From a virus, in IMG/VR virus record IMGVR_UViG_3300037502_002729, positions 1-64,000 of that record: a DNA stretch of 64,000 bases. The stretch is one strand, 5' to 3'. Position numbers and translations under genes: made by a program. Each line of letters starts with the position of its first letter. The first letter of the stretch is position 1. Under the pieces are notes generated by a model. It was not told the origin of the DNA. It ran no database searches and saw only the letters and a list, made by a program, of their open reading frames with translations. This document shows, one piece after another, positions 1 through 10,438 of the stretch.

Positions 1-61
1 TGTAATTCTCTAAGTATTTTGGCTACATCTTTTTCCATAACTCATCATCTTTATGATAGGA

Positions 62-92
62 CAAAGATAATTGTATTTTTCATAAAATCAAA
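62..92 (-). promoter_or_regulatory. Bacteroidota-type housekeeping sigma promoter (-33 TTTG, -7 TATCTTTG)
   Basis: Minus strand reads TTTG-N19-TATCTTTG, upstream of an ORF (ATG at 38) that runs off the window start. Confidence 0.7.
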
Positions 93-100
93 AAAAACAT

Positions 101-913
101 TTAAATAATGTAAAGAATATTTTCACGAGTTCTAATTTGACTCCCAGCATTAGATCCTGGTATTTCCATACCTTCAAAAACAAATGGTGTATTTTGTTTA
201 TTTAAATGCCTTGAATATGCTTGTGCTATTTTATTTATGTTAAAATCTTGTTTTTCAAAAGCATTAAAACGACCCAAAGAATCCATTAAGCCAACTTTTT
301 TACCATTAGAATATACAATTGTGTCTTGAACCTCCCCACCTATTGTCATTAAATCAATCATTTTATTTTTAAAAAAATCTGAACTCATATCTTTTGGTTT
401 AACAACAAAATAAGTCCTTTCAGTAGATGGTTTTAAATATTTTTCTGGACATTTCTTGTATTCTATCTGGGGATTACAAAATTTATCACTTTCTGGACAG
501 AACATAATGTTAGACACATTTTTCTTACACATAATTTCTTCTTTTGGGCAATCTTCAACAGATATGTCATTTTGACATTCTTGCCAAACTCCAATCAAAG
601 GATGAACACCCATTTTTAAATCATTCAATTTACCCCTTAAAACACGGTTACGTTCAATATTTTGTTTCCTAGACTTACTATATCTATATGCTGTGATAAT
701 TGCAAATTCACTATTATTTTTCTGAACTTGCCTCATTAATCTTGTTAAGGATGATTCACTAATTACTCCACCATTCTTACAATTCTCAAATATTTTTGTT
801 CCATCTTGTAAAATTTTAATTGGCCCTATATCGTCCAAAGCAGTAACAGGGTATTTTACTTTTTCAGTTAAGTAAATTGATTCATTAATCATTTTTCTCA
901 TTTCTTCTATCAT
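101..913 (-). CDS. hypothetical phage protein (DUF3293-like core, Cys-rich insert)
   Basis: 270-aa ORF; FAIITAYR...NIERN...L motif; TATTTAT upstream. Confidence 0.55.
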   Translation of the reverse strand: MIEEMRKMINESIYLTEKVKYPVTALDDIGPIKILQDGTKIFENCKNGGVISESSLTRLMRQVQKNNSEFAIITAYRYSKSRKQNIERNRVLRGKLNDLKMGVHPLIGVWQECQNDISVEDCPKEEIMCKKNVSNIMFCPESDKFCNPQIEYKKCPEKYLKPSTERTYFVVKPKDMSSDFFKNKMIDLMTIGGEVQDTIVYSNGKKVGLMDSLGRFNAFEKQDFNINKIAQAYSRHLNKQNTPFVFEGMEIPGSNAGSQIRTRENILYII

Positions 914-943
914 AATATTATATTTTTATAATAAATATATTAA

Positions 944-1138
944 TTAACTTGTTTTTCTACTCAAAACATCTTTTAATTCTAATTGCTCAACCAATGTTTT
1001 AGGATCAACTATTTTGAAGGCTTTTTCACCATCATTAAACCCTATTCCATATCTTCCAAACTTGCAATATGTTATACCATCAAGCATAAAAAAATTGTTT
1101 TCTGGAAGTTTTTCAAACTCAATGTGTTTATTTGACAT
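944..1138 (-). CDS. hypothetical protein
   Basis: ORF; start re-assigned to MSNKHIEF after an A-rich leader. Confidence 0.5.
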   Translation of the reverse strand: MSNKHIEFEKLPENNFFMLDGITYCKFGRYGIGFNDGEKAFKIVDPKTLVEQLELKDVLSRKTS

Positions 1139-1194
1139 AGTTGTGTTTTTTATAAACAATGATAGTGAATTTTTTGGCATAAACCAAATTTTAA

Positions 1195-2100
1195 TTATTT
1201 CAAGTAGGAGAAAATATGTGAAATAACATCAATTGTCCAAGCATTACCAATCATTTTTTTTGCTTGTGATGTAGATACAACACTTGTATAACCTTCTGGT
1301 ATTGTTTGAAGTCTCTCATACTCTTTTAATGTGTAGTATCTAAATGGTAATTTATCCTTGAATGCATTTGGATGCCTTCCAATGGGCATTGTGGTCAACA
1401 CATTGTCCTTATCAACTGTGGTGAGACAATTGCTCTTATTTGTATTGGTTGCCCTTACCTCTAAGCATTGGGTAATAGGTATATCTTTGTCATAATCTTT
1501 TCTCTTTCCATCAGGGTTTAACCTTCTACCAATTATGGTTGCTTTATTTAACCTTCTACCCCTAATTGCACCAGGATTTATAATAGAATCATCCTCAAGA
1601 ATATCACTCAATGAAATGTTCCTATCATCCGGCTCTTTAACATTTGGTATATTTGTCCAATATAATCTAACCCTATTCTGTGCTGAAACCAATGAACTAT
1701 TAATCTTGATTGGTTCTACTCCCAAATATTGGGTAATAACATCCTGGTATTCTTTTTTCATTACAACATTTTCTAATAAGAAATATTTTGGTTTACATTC
1801 ATCAAGCAACCTAACAAATTCAAAAAACAATTTACTCCTTGAATCATTAAAATTAAGTTGCTTTCCAGCAAATGAGAACCCCTGACAAGGGCTACCCCCA
1901 ATTAACAAATCAATCTTTGTAGCAATAAACTCAATTTTTGTCACATCACCCAATTGAACTGTGTTAGGGTAATGATGTTGTGTGACTTTTATGGCATTCT
2001 TATCTATTTCTGATGCAAAATAATTGTTGTATTGAATATTAGCCCTATTCAAAGCAATTTGACCACAAGACATCCCATCAAACAAACTTAATACATTCAT
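1195..2100 (-). CDS. DNA (cytosine-5)-methyltransferase
   Basis: Motif I LFDGMSCG, IV GGSPCQGFS, VI LENV, VIII QNRVRLYW, X IGNAW. Confidence 0.95.
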   Translation of the reverse strand: MNVLSLFDGMSCGQIALNRANIQYNNYFASEIDKNAIKVTQHHYPNTVQLGDVTKIEFIATKIDLLIGGSPCQGFSFAGKQLNFNDSRSKLFFEFVRLLDECKPKYFLLENVVMKKEYQDVITQYLGVEPIKINSSLVSAQNRVRLYWTNIPNVKEPDDRNISLSDILEDDSIINPGAIRGRRLNKATIIGRRLNPDGKRKDYDKDIPITQCLEVRATNTNKSNCLTTVDKDNVLTTMPIGRHPNAFKDKLPFRYYTLKEYERLQTIPEGYTSVVSTSQAKKMIGNAWTIDVISHIFSYLK

Positions 2101-2112
2101 ACTTATTATTTA

Positions 2113-2592
2113 TTATTCTTCATCTTCATTATAAAATATATAATCTATTTCTTTAACATCATCAAATGATATAATATAAACATATGAATTTTTTAAGTTA
2201 ATTCTATCATATATCAATCTATGGTGGCCATTTAATATCCAATAATTACCTTTTTTGTCTTCTGCTACAATAATATCACTATCATTATATACTTTATCTG
2301 TTATACTATCTATAAATGTTTTTGAAACATATTTTTGTGTTGAAAATAGTTTTTTATTTTTATCTAATTCTTTTTTTATAAAGTGCATAAACTCCAATGT
2401 ATCATCCCAATATTTTGAAACTGTTGCACTATCGTGTATATTTATTAATTCTAATGGTAATGTTTTTTTATTCACTATATTATAATCAGATGTTCTTAAA
2501 TAATTACCAATACCATGAATTTCATCTCCAATTTTTTTATGGTCTTCCATTAAAAATTTAACCCTATTAATTTGTTTATGTAATTTATTCAT
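2113..2592 (-). CDS. ParB/Srx-like domain protein
   Basis: IIVA...YWILNGHHRL resembles the ParB-N (D/N)GHHR motif. Confidence 0.55.
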   Translation of the reverse strand: MNKLHKQINRVKFLMEDHKKIGDEIHGIGNYLRTSDYNIVNKKTLPLELINIHDSATVSKYWDDTLEFMHFIKKELDKNKKLFSTQKYVSKTFIDSITDKVYNDSDIIVAEDKKGNYWILNGHHRLIYDRINLKNSYVYIISFDDVKEIDYIFYNEDEE

Positions 2593-2614
2593 ATTTTTTA
2601 TTATATAAATATAG

Positions 2615-3769
2615 TTATAAACTTTTTAAGTTTTCAAATATATGTGAAATAACATCAACTGTCCATCCATTGCCCAACATTTTATACCTTTGAGTGTTTG
2701 AAACCCCCTCTGTATAATTATCTGGAACTGTTTGCAACCTTTCACATTCAATAGGAGTCAATTTCCTAATTTTGTATTCATCTTTTATATCATCTGTTAT
2801 TAATGTATTACCAACCCCAGCACTACCACCACTATTTGCAGACAAACAAGGTGATTTACCATCAGTTGAATATATTCTCTCCCCTTGTGAGAAGTTTCTT
2901 TGCAAGTTTTTACCATTATCAAGCCATTTCTTATTTTTACCCAATGCACCAACACATTTTAATTCAGAATCTGATTGATGATTATCAATTGTAATAACAT
3001 ATGGCATAAAGGAGGGGGTTATTGCAACAAATTTGCCCTCATCTAAATAAATTCTATCTTGTAATGATGGTTGTAAATCTGGAATATCCTTGACATACTG
3101 CTGATCTCTACCTCCCATCTTATAATATCCAGCATGTATTGTTCCAGATTTTTCAGGAATGCCCAATTCCTTAATTACTTTATTACCATGTCTATTTAGT
3201 TTTTCAACAGCAATCTGTGATATGTAATATTTGTCATCCACAATAGGTTCTAAAACATCTTTTAGATATATTTTCCTATTTTCTGGTTGTTCAACACCTT
3301 CAATATTTGTCCAATATAACCTAAGTCTATTTTGGGCAGAAACTAATGAACTATTTATCTTAATAGGTTCAACTCCAAGATGTTCTGATATTATATCAGA
3401 GAATTCTTTCTTCATTTTCACATTCTCAAGCAAAAATTTAACATTTGGATTAGTTTCTCTAACCTCATTTAGTATTCTAACATACTCAAAGAACAATTTA
3501 CTCCTTGGATCATCAAAATTAAGTTGTTTCCCAGCAAATGAAAAGCCCTGGCAAGGACTACCACCAATCAATAAGTCAATTTTTGGCAAATTATTACCCC
3601 TTATTTGAGTTACATCACCCAAATGAACTGTGTTGGGGTAGTTTTTCTTTGTTATTTGCATACCATACTTGTCTATTTCAGCAGCATAGTAGTTATTATA
3701 TGGAATATTTGCTTTATTTAAAGCAATTTGGCCACAACTCATCCCATCAAACAAACTTAATACATTCAT
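2615..3769 (-). CDS. DNA (cytosine-5)-methyltransferase with long variable region
   Basis: LFDGMSCG, GGSPCQGFS, LENV, QNRLRLYW, ECERLQ, LGNGW. Confidence 0.95.
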   Translation of the reverse strand: MNVLSLFDGMSCGQIALNKANIPYNNYYAAEIDKYGMQITKKNYPNTVHLGDVTQIRGNNLPKIDLLIGGSPCQGFSFAGKQLNFDDPRSKLFFEYVRILNEVRETNPNVKFLLENVKMKKEFSDIISEHLGVEPIKINSSLVSAQNRLRLYWTNIEGVEQPENRKIYLKDVLEPIVDDKYYISQIAVEKLNRHGNKVIKELGIPEKSGTIHAGYYKMGGRDQQYVKDIPDLQPSLQDRIYLDEGKFVAITPSFMPYVITIDNHQSDSELKCVGALGKNKKWLDNGKNLQRNFSQGERIYSTDGKSPCLSANSGGSAGVGNTLITDDIKDEYKIRKLTPIECERLQTVPDNYTEGVSNTQRYKMLGNGWTVDVISHIFENLKSL

Positions 3770-3779
3770 ATTCTTAATT

Positions 3780-4625
3780 CTATAGATTATCTACAATAAT
3801 TTCACATGTTTTATAGTCATTTTTAACAGATTTGACTGCCGCAGACCAAGAATTGTAGTTTTTATCAATATATTTGACATTATATTTGGAAATCCAGTCA
3901 TTTAGGTGTTCATTCTTTACTCCTCTATGATATAATGTGTTGGATAAGACAAATTTCCTCCCAATTTTGTTCAAATTATCAATATATTCCAATAATTTAA
4001 CATCATCTTCAACATTCCATCCATTATATTGGTATTTTGATGCAATATATGGTGGATCTAAGTAAATTATGGCATTTTTGCACAAAGAAATGTCCAATTT
4101 ATCATATTCTAACTCAAATATGGTGATATTTCTTGATTTTGATATGTTTGAATGTATTAAAACCCTATTAAAGTCAGGTTTTTTCATCCCAAATGGCACA
4201 TTATACCCATTTTTGCTAAATCTAACCAAAGAATTGAAGGATAATTGGCATAATAATAGAAAATGTGGTGCAATTTCATCAAAAAACCCAAATAATTTCC
4301 ATTTTTCATTGAAAAATGACCTTAATTCCATATAAGAATCCTTATTTAGCCCATTTTTGAAGTAAAAATGGTAAATTTCCTCCATTTTCTTGTCAATTTC
4401 ATCAATTTTTAGTGAATTATGCATAAAAACAACCGCTTTATTGGTGTCAGAGCCTATTCCACCCCCCTTTGCATTGTATAATATGGGTGCAGACCCAGCA
4501 AATGGCTCAATAACCTGGTCAAATTCATCAAAAATGGGCTTCAAATGAGCCTTATATATCTTATATTTGTTCCCACTATATGAAAAAGGACCTTTTATTT
4601 CCATAATAAAGTTGTTTTTGCACAA
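3780..4625 (-). CDS. dam: Dam-family DNA adenine methyltransferase
   Basis: YSGNK, EPFAGS, YNVPFG, YLDPPY motifs. Confidence 0.88.
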   Translation of the reverse strand: MCKNNFIMEIKGPFSYSGNKYKIYKAHLKPIFDEFDQVIEPFAGSAPILYNAKGGGIGSDTNKAVVFMHNSLKIDEIDKKMEEIYHFYFKNGLNKDSYMELRSFFNEKWKLFGFFDEIAPHFLLLCQLSFNSLVRFSKNGYNVPFGMKKPDFNRVLIHSNISKSRNITIFELEYDKLDISLCKNAIIYLDPPYIASKYQYNGWNVEDDVKLLEYIDNLNKIGRKFVLSNTLYHRGVKNEHLNDWISKYNVKYIDKNYNSWSAAVKSVKNDYKTCEIIVDNL

Positions 4626-4639
4626 TAAACTTAACTAAT

Positions 4640-5278
4640 TTATTGAGCAATATTTGGTTTATTTAGTGATTCTAATATTTCATAACACAATTGTTCAGGT
4701 ATTTTACTCCTTTCATAAGAGTCTTTTCTCCCTTGTGTTCCAGTTTTTGACCCCCTTGGAGCAGGTGCATGATGACATTCCTTATTTCCATTATGACATA
4801 CTGGTTTTGGAATCCAATTATCTGAATTTGTCCATATATCAGTGGGTTTAGCCCTTTCATCACCATACTGGCAATACCAGATAGTGTGTCTTTTAAATTC
4901 TTGCATCCATGGCATTTTCCTTAACATACCCCTTGGATTCTCAATAAAGAAAACCATATCTGGATTAATCTCCAACCATTCCTTAATTAAGGATATGAAA
5001 TGCTGATTAGTTGCATCACATTGTTTTGCATAATTACTTTTTGGCTCTGTCCCATTCCTATGTGTTGAAATAGCAGCAATACTATATGTTGTACAATCTG
5101 GTGAAGCCCAAACAAAGTCTGGAATAAAAGGCACATCTTCTTTTTTTAATTTTGCAACATCAATACACAAGTCAATATCCTTATATTTTTCCCAATCAAC
5201 AGAAAATACATTCATACCTAACTTATCACCAACTTTACCAATAGATCTGCTACCAGCAAATAATTCTAATATATTCAT
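4640..5278 (-). CDS. short DNA (cytosine-5)-methyltransferase
   Basis: ELFAGS (motif I), WASPDC (IV), IENP (VI), KPTDIW. Confidence 0.8.
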   Translation of the reverse strand: MNILELFAGSRSIGKVGDKLGMNVFSVDWEKYKDIDLCIDVAKLKKEDVPFIPDFVWASPDCTTYSIAAISTHRNGTEPKSNYAKQCDATNQHFISLIKEWLEINPDMVFFIENPRGMLRKMPWMQEFKRHTIWYCQYGDERAKPTDIWTNSDNWIPKPVCHNGNKECHHAPAPRGSKTGTQGRKDSYERSKIPEQLCYEILESLNKPNIAQ

Positions 5279-6135
5279 AATTCATTTTTTAGGGGGGAGA
5301 ATATATGTGCAATCACATCAACAGTCCAGCCATTCCCAAGCATATGACTTCTTTCTCTATCACTGCATATAGAAGTGTAACCAACTGGAACACCTTGTGC
5401 CATTTCTGCTTCTTCATTGGTTAAATACCTATACTTCTCCCCATTTGAAATTAATATCATTCCACTATGATATTGATTATAACCCCTTGCTGTCAAACAA
5501 GGTAATTTTGATTTTCTTCCAATAAATGTTGCATTTTTTAAAGGTTTTTGTTGAGCCTTCCAATTAGCAATTCTTTCAACTCTTTCATCTTCAAGCCAAT
5601 TATCACTATTTGAATTTATATCATCAAATGAAATTTCCTTATCAATAGGTTCAGAAATATTTGGGATATTTGTCCAATATAATCTATCTCTCTTTGCTGC
5701 TGTAAATTTTGAACTATTAATCCTCATTGGTTGAACCCCCAACAAATCACTAATGACATCTTGCCATTCTTTCTTCATCTTCACATTCTCCAATAAGAAA
5801 TATTTTGGTTTGCATTCATCAAGCAACCTAACAAACTCAAAGAATAGAATACTTCTTGGATCCTCAAAATTAAGTTTCTTTCCAGCAAAAGAAAACCCTT
5901 GGCATGGACTACCCCCAATCAACAAATCAATTTGTGGTAAATCTTCACCCTTTAATTTGGTAACATCCCCAACCTGGATTGTATCTGGATAATTGTGTTG
6001 TGTTACTTTTATAGCAGGATTATCAATTTCAGATGCATAATACTTTGATACCTTTATACCAAGTCTATTTAATGCAATTTGTCCACAAGACATTCCATCA
6101 AATAAACTTAAAACATTAATTCCTTCACTTTTCAT
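5275..6135 (-). CDS. DNA (cytosine-5)-methyltransferase
   Basis: LFDGMSCG, GGSPCQGFS, LENV, RDRLYW, LGNGW. Confidence 0.95.
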   Translation of the reverse strand: MKSEGINVLSLFDGMSCGQIALNRLGIKVSKYYASEIDNPAIKVTQHNYPDTIQVGDVTKLKGEDLPQIDLLIGGSPCQGFSFAGKKLNFEDPRSILFFEFVRLLDECKPKYFLLENVKMKKEWQDVISDLLGVQPMRINSSKFTAAKRDRLYWTNIPNISEPIDKEISFDDINSNSDNWLEDERVERIANWKAQQKPLKNATFIGRKSKLPCLTARGYNQYHSGMILISNGEKYRYLTNEEAEMAQGVPVGYTSICSDRERSHMLGNGWTVDVIAHIFSPLKNEL

Positions 6136-6210
6136 TTTTGATTATTTTGTTCTTAACAATAATAAGAAACATTAATCAAAAACACAACTAATTTGGCACA
6201 TAAATTAAAT

Positions 6211-6513
6211 TTAGGCAATCTTTTTGGCATTTATGATATAACCTGCTAATTCAGCCTTAACCTCTTTTATTTTGCCTTTACCATCCCTTGAGAAAATTGC
6301 CAACCCTTTGAAAGGGAAATAAGTTATTTTAAAAGTATCTAGTTCAGTATCTGGATTGAAGGTTATTGTCTTTCCATCATATGTGAACTTTATCTTGTCA
6401 CCCTCCACATATAATTTTCCAGTTCTACCATCATCAGCTTGGTATTCACCAATATAATCATTTAAGATTATGTTATTCTTTTTTTGATTGAAAAATTTAA
6501 ATACATTAAACAT
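6211..6513 (-). CDS. hypothetical beta-rich protein
   Basis: 100-aa ORF in operon context. Confidence 0.55.
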   Translation of the reverse strand: MFNVFKFFNQKKNNIILNDYIGEYQADDGRTGKLYVEGDKIKFTYDGKTITFNPDTELDTFKITYFPFKGLAIFSRDGKGKIKEVKAELAGYIINAKKIA

Positions 6514-6517
6514 ATTA

Positions 6518-7114
6518 TTACATTTTACTTTTAACTAGATTATAGAAAAATTTACTAATTTCAGTAGGTGATGATAAGTTTTGACTTTCTAATTGTTTTC
6601 TAAAACCACTTATCATACTTTTTATTGAGTGAATTGATACATTCTTATATTGTGATGTTGGTTTATACTTATCATCTATTAATCCTTTTTTCTGCAACTC
6701 CCTTATCTTCCTCATAGCAAATTCATCAGCAACCTCTTCTGTGTGTTTCATAAATTTGGCAGCCTCATCAATACTAACATCACCAGAATAAACACCATAC
6801 ATAATCTTATCACCATATTTCTTAAACTGGAATTGATGTGCTATCTCATGGAAAATAACAAAAACCAAAAAATTTAAACTCCCGCCAACCATAGTTGAGT
6901 TTATCATAACACCATTATGTAAGGCCAATCCAAGGGCAGGATAATTGAATTTTGCAAATTCTATTTTCTTGCAATCAGATTTCTCTATGAAATTCATAAG
7001 TTCAGTATATAAGGAATCTGATATATCATACTCTTTTTGTATTTTATTTAAAAAAATAGTAATACCATCAGTTTCCTCATTAATTAGTGTTTTAAAAATT
7101 TCTATTAATTTCAT
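6518..7114 (-). CDS. putative HExxH zinc metallopeptidase
   Basis: FHEIAHQ plus downstream EEVADEFA (ImmA/IrrE-like pattern); leader MKLIEIFKTLINEE. Confidence 0.6.
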   Translation of the reverse strand: MKLIEIFKTLINEETDGITIFLNKIQKEYDISDSLYTELMNFIEKSDCKKIEFAKFNYPALGLALHNGVMINSTMVGGSLNFLVFVIFHEIAHQFQFKKYGDKIMYGVYSGDVSIDEAAKFMKHTEEVADEFAMRKIRELQKKGLIDDKYKPTSQYKNVSIHSIKSMISGFRKQLESQNLSSPTEISKFFYNLVKSKM

Positions 7115-7118
7115 TACT

Positions 7119-8675
7119 TTAGTCAGTTCTATATGTTATATATGTTTCATCACAAACTCTTATTTCTACCCATTCACCATCATAATATGCTAATGTGGAA
7201 TACCCATCCTCTTCAAAAATGGCTTCATCAAATTTATTTCTATTAAAATAACTAGTTTCATCGATATCAAAATCACGAATAAAACTTTTTGGATTTTCCT
7301 CATAATGATCTACTTCATTATCAATATATTCATAAACTTCTTTATCTGTATAATCATCTTTATCCAAAAAATGTTTTGGATCATCCCAAACCATAGATGA
7401 AATATATTCCATCATTTCATCTTTAGATATTTCAACAAAACTATCCAAATCAATTCCACGATTTTCATAATATGTTCTATTTCTAAATAACTCTGCTATA
7501 TTATCATAAATATCATGAATTGAGGTTATTGCTCTTTCTCTTGCATCTTCTTCTTTAAAGATTTCATATTCCTCTTTTACACCATTTTCATTTACAAAAT
7601 GAAAAACATGTCCCCCATATCTTTCTTCAATTTCCATATCAAAAAAATCAACTTTATCATTCTTTAACTCAAAATATCTATTTAATAAATCAACAAATTC
7701 TTCATTTGGTAAAACATTAGATTCTTCATATAATTTAAAAATAATATTAGCATATTCTAAATTACTATTCTCATCTCTTATTTCCATTTTTTCATAACTA
7801 GTCAAGAACTGATAAACAGCTTGTCTAACACAATCTTCATTTTCATCAAACAATGTTCCACTTTCTAAACTATCTAATCTTTTTCCATTATTTTCAAGAA
7901 CTTCATCTGATATTAACAAATCAATTCTAGTTTTGAAAAAATCAACATACTTTGAGAAATCAAGATCCATAACATTAAAATCTTCCTTTGAAGCATATTC
8001 TGAACCAAATGATTTTATCATATAATCTCCATCTGGGTTCTTCTTTAATAGAAGTTTTATAATGTAATCATAATATTCTTCACTTGGTTTCTTATTGAAC
8101 CTACCCTTCATTTGATAAACAACCCCATTCTTAATTGATGCTGTAACAAGTGATTTATTACTAACTTTACCAGTTTGACCTTTTAACTCATTAACCCTAA
8201 GAGAATATAAATCACCTTTTCCAGATCTACCACAATGCCCCATCCTTTCAGCCTCCTCTCTGCAAGGATTGGTTTTTAACTTAACCCAATAATACCCCAA
8301 CCCAGAATCATCCCTAAAATCCAATATAGTTATGTTTTCATCAAGATATTCAAAATCATAATCTTTTGCCTTCAATGATTTGTGCCATCTATCTTGCATA
8401 TTAACCAATTCATTGAATTCAACATTCTTAATGGTTTGTGTATTACCGTTTAATCCAGTTTTTATCCAATCAATTATCCCAGTTATATCCTCAATTTTTG
8501 ACCTTATCCTTTTGTCTTTAATTTTCTTTGCCAACCACATAGATAATTTACCAGCAACTGAATATAATAATTCAGCATCAGATTGGGATAGCTTGGCAAT
8601 CTTAACAAGATTATCAATAGTAGCCTTATTTTCAGTTAAGATACCAAATTGACTTTCTGTTATAATTATTTTCAT
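7119..8675 (-). CDS. hypothetical protein with PcfJ-like domain (paralog of 28848..30401)
   Basis: EAERMGHC, LYSLR, QMKGRFNKKP; start re-assigned to MKIIITESQ downstream of TATTTAT. Confidence 0.6.
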   Translation of the reverse strand: MKIIITESQFGILTENKATIDNLVKIAKLSQSDAELLYSVAGKLSMWLAKKIKDKRIRSKIEDITGIIDWIKTGLNGNTQTIKNVEFNELVNMQDRWHKSLKAKDYDFEYLDENITILDFRDDSGLGYYWVKLKTNPCREEAERMGHCGRSGKGDLYSLRVNELKGQTGKVSNKSLVTASIKNGVVYQMKGRFNKKPSEEYYDYIIKLLLKKNPDGDYMIKSFGSEYASKEDFNVMDLDFSKYVDFFKTRIDLLISDEVLENNGKRLDSLESGTLFDENEDCVRQAVYQFLTSYEKMEIRDENSNLEYANIIFKLYEESNVLPNEEFVDLLNRYFELKNDKVDFFDMEIEERYGGHVFHFVNENGVKEEYEIFKEEDARERAITSIHDIYDNIAELFRNRTYYENRGIDLDSFVEISKDEMMEYISSMVWDDPKHFLDKDDYTDKEVYEYIDNEVDHYEENPKSFIRDFDIDETSYFNRNKFDEAIFEEDGYSTLAYYDGEWVEIRVCDETYITYRTD

Positions 8676-8728
8676 AAAATGTGTATTTATATTAATAAAT
8701 ATAATATATTCCAAAAACAAAAGAAAAT

Positions 8729-9133
8729 ATGAAATTAATTGTTAGTAAAAAACAATTAGATGTTTTGGTAAAATCAATCAATGATTTGGATAGTTTAAAA
8801 AAACTAAAAAATTGGTTTAAAAAAACTAATGTATTTATCCAGGATAATTGGGAGAAATTACAACATTCCACAAAGTTAGAAAAAGAAGAAACAATAATTG
8901 CATTTTCCATCTTAAAAAGATACATTTTAAATCAAGGTGTAACTGTAAAGGAGTTAACCTTCCTAAAAAACCAATCCCTGGATCTTATTAAGGTATTCTT
9001 TCTAATATGCACCAGGTTTGTCCCACTACCTTTACCAATATTGCCCACATTAATATGGATTTCAAAAAAGACAAGATTTAACTTCTTTCCAAACTCACAT
9101 TTAAAAAATGGTGATGAAATAAAAACCCCCTAA
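8729..9133 (+). CDS. hypothetical protein with C-terminal hydrophobic segment
   Basis: 134-aa ORF followed by a terminator hairpin. Confidence 0.6.
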   Translation: MKLIVSKKQLDVLVKSINDLDSLKKLKNWFKKTNVFIQDNWEKLQHSTKLEKEETIIAFSILKRYILNQGVTVKELTFLKNQSLDLIKVFFLICTRFVPLPLPILPTLIWISKKTRFNFFPNSHLKNGDEIKTP

Positions 9134-9155
9134 CCATGAATGGTAGGGGGCGTTT
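9121..9155. terminator. bidirectional intrinsic terminator
   Basis: CCCCCTAACCAT-GA-ATGGTAGGGGG hairpin between convergent units. Confidence 0.65.
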
Positions 9156-9156
9156 G

Positions 9157-9230
9157 TTAGGATGACAGGATTTGAACCTGCAACTACTTGCTCCCAAAGC
9201 AAGTGCGCTACCGGATTGCGCCACATCCTA
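9157..9230 (-). tRNA. trnP: tRNA-Pro (UGG)
   Basis: Acceptor TAGGATG/CATCCTA, anticodon arm CTTGC-TTTGGGA-GCAAG, T-arm GGTTCAAATCC; followed by CAA, not CCA. Confidence 0.93.
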
Positions 9231-9237
9231 TTTTAAT

Positions 9238-9312
9238 TGGTTGCAGGGATAGGACTCGAACCTATATCTCTGGGTTATGAGCCCAATATACTAACCCTTA
9301 TACGACCCTGCG
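9238..9312 (-). tRNA. initiator tRNA-fMet (CAU)
   Basis: Anticodon arm GGG-CTCATAA-CCC (three G-C pairs), C1:A72 mismatch, T-arm GGTTCGAGTCC, encoded CCA. Confidence 0.9.
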
Positions 9313-9321
9313 ATGTCTCTT

Positions 9322-9480
9322 CTATGCGTAGTAGAAGTTTATGTACTTTGGATTTTCAAAGTCCATTCTTCTTAATTTTTTATTTAATAAAATTCTCATC
9401 TTTTTTTTATAAGCACTATTCATTCTCTGCTTACTTGCTTTGCACTGTGTGCATGTACAAACTTTTAATGGATTCTTCAT
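9322..9480 (-). CDS. small basic protein with CxCxxC (52 aa; not in ORF track)
   Basis: MKNPLKVCTCTQCKASKQRMNSAYKKKMRILLNKKLRRMDFENPKYINFYYA; TATCTTTG -7 box at 9504-9511. Confidence 0.6.
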   Translation of the reverse strand: MKNPLKVCTCTQCKASKQRMNSAYKKKMRILLNKKLRRMDFENPKYINFYYA

Positions 9481-9543
9481 ATGTTTGCTTTTTTATTACT
9501 CTACAAAGATAAGAATGTTTTTTTAAAAAAACAACTTATACCA

Positions 9544-9822
9544 TTAAATACTTGATAAAATGTTTTTTACTCTTTCAATACCCTTTGAATTATGTGCTTT
9601 AACAAACCATTTATTTGTTTCAAGATAATTCTCATTATCATTTAGTATTGCAATAGAATCTTCTGTATCTTCAAACGTTAATTTCCAGATTGCATAATTA
9701 TTATCTTCAATAATTGTTGGTACACCAAAGGTACGTTCAAGAATATGATAAGGAACACTAATTGTGCTTTTCTTACTTAATCCAGTTATATTTATTTCCT
9801 TACCTAATCTAAAATTATCCAT
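9544..9822 (-). CDS. hypothetical protein
   Basis: Start re-assigned to MDNFRL just after the upstream gene stop. Confidence 0.55.
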   Translation of the reverse strand: MDNFRLGKEINITGLSKKSTISVPYHILERTFGVPTIIEDNNYAIWKLTFEDTEDSIAILNDNENYLETNKWFVKAHNSKGIERVKNILSSI

Positions 9823-9826
9823 ATTT

Positions 9827-10438
9827 TTAGTTTTCAATAATGTCATAATAATAAGAATTTGTGTTTTCTGAAACCCATCTATCTGAAACAGATTCAACAG
9901 AGGGGATTTCTGTGTCAACCTTTATATCTTTTAAATCCATTGGGAAATTTGTTGTGACCCAATTTGAATCCCTCCATATAATTCTATTGTTTGGCATAGC
10001 CAGTAAATAACCATCATCTGAATAAAGAATATGGGCACATTTGTAATCTGATGGTTCTTCTGATGAAGCATTATTGAACCAATCAACTGTAAACATATAG
10101 TTAGCCCAGGTCTTTGTTTTATCCCTTAATATGACCTCACATTTCAAACCTTCAAGGTAGTCAAATTTCATCACCTCACAATTTTCAGAAAATGCATCCC
10201 ATAATTGTTTAAAATGAAATGGTACATCATTCTTTGGCTCAAATATAAATATTTCAGATAATGGAACTCTACTCCTTAACATACCATAATCTGTCATAAC
10301 ATGGAATGTTAATATTTTATTCTGAACTGATTGCAAACCAAAGACAAATACTGAATCAAATGTATCAAAATCAGCATTGTCTTTGGTAAACCAACTTCTT
10401 CTAACTAAGGCCTTAAACTCTGGTATATTATGGTTCAT
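9827..10438 (-). CDS. hypothetical phage protein
   Basis: 203-aa ORF overlapping the RNA ligase stop; QLWD, YMFTVDW, PNNRIIW motifs. Confidence 0.65.
   Translation of the reverse strand: MNHNIPEFKALVRRSWFTKDNADFDTFDSVFVFGLQSVQNKILTFHVMTDYGMLRSRVPLSEIFIFEPKNDVPFHFKQLWDAFSENCEVMKFDYLEGLKCEVILRDKTKTWANYMFTVDWFNNASSEEPSDYKCAHILYSDDGYLLAMPNNRIIWRDSNWVTTNFPMDLKDIKVDTEIPSVESVSDRWVSENTNSYYYDIIEN

Noticed and set aside
1195-6135. Complete restriction-modification system
   Set aside because: No recognisable restriction endonuclease next to the methyltransferases
9237-9512. 91-aa plus-strand ORF
   Set aside because: Antisense to tRNA-fMet and the 52-aa peptide gene
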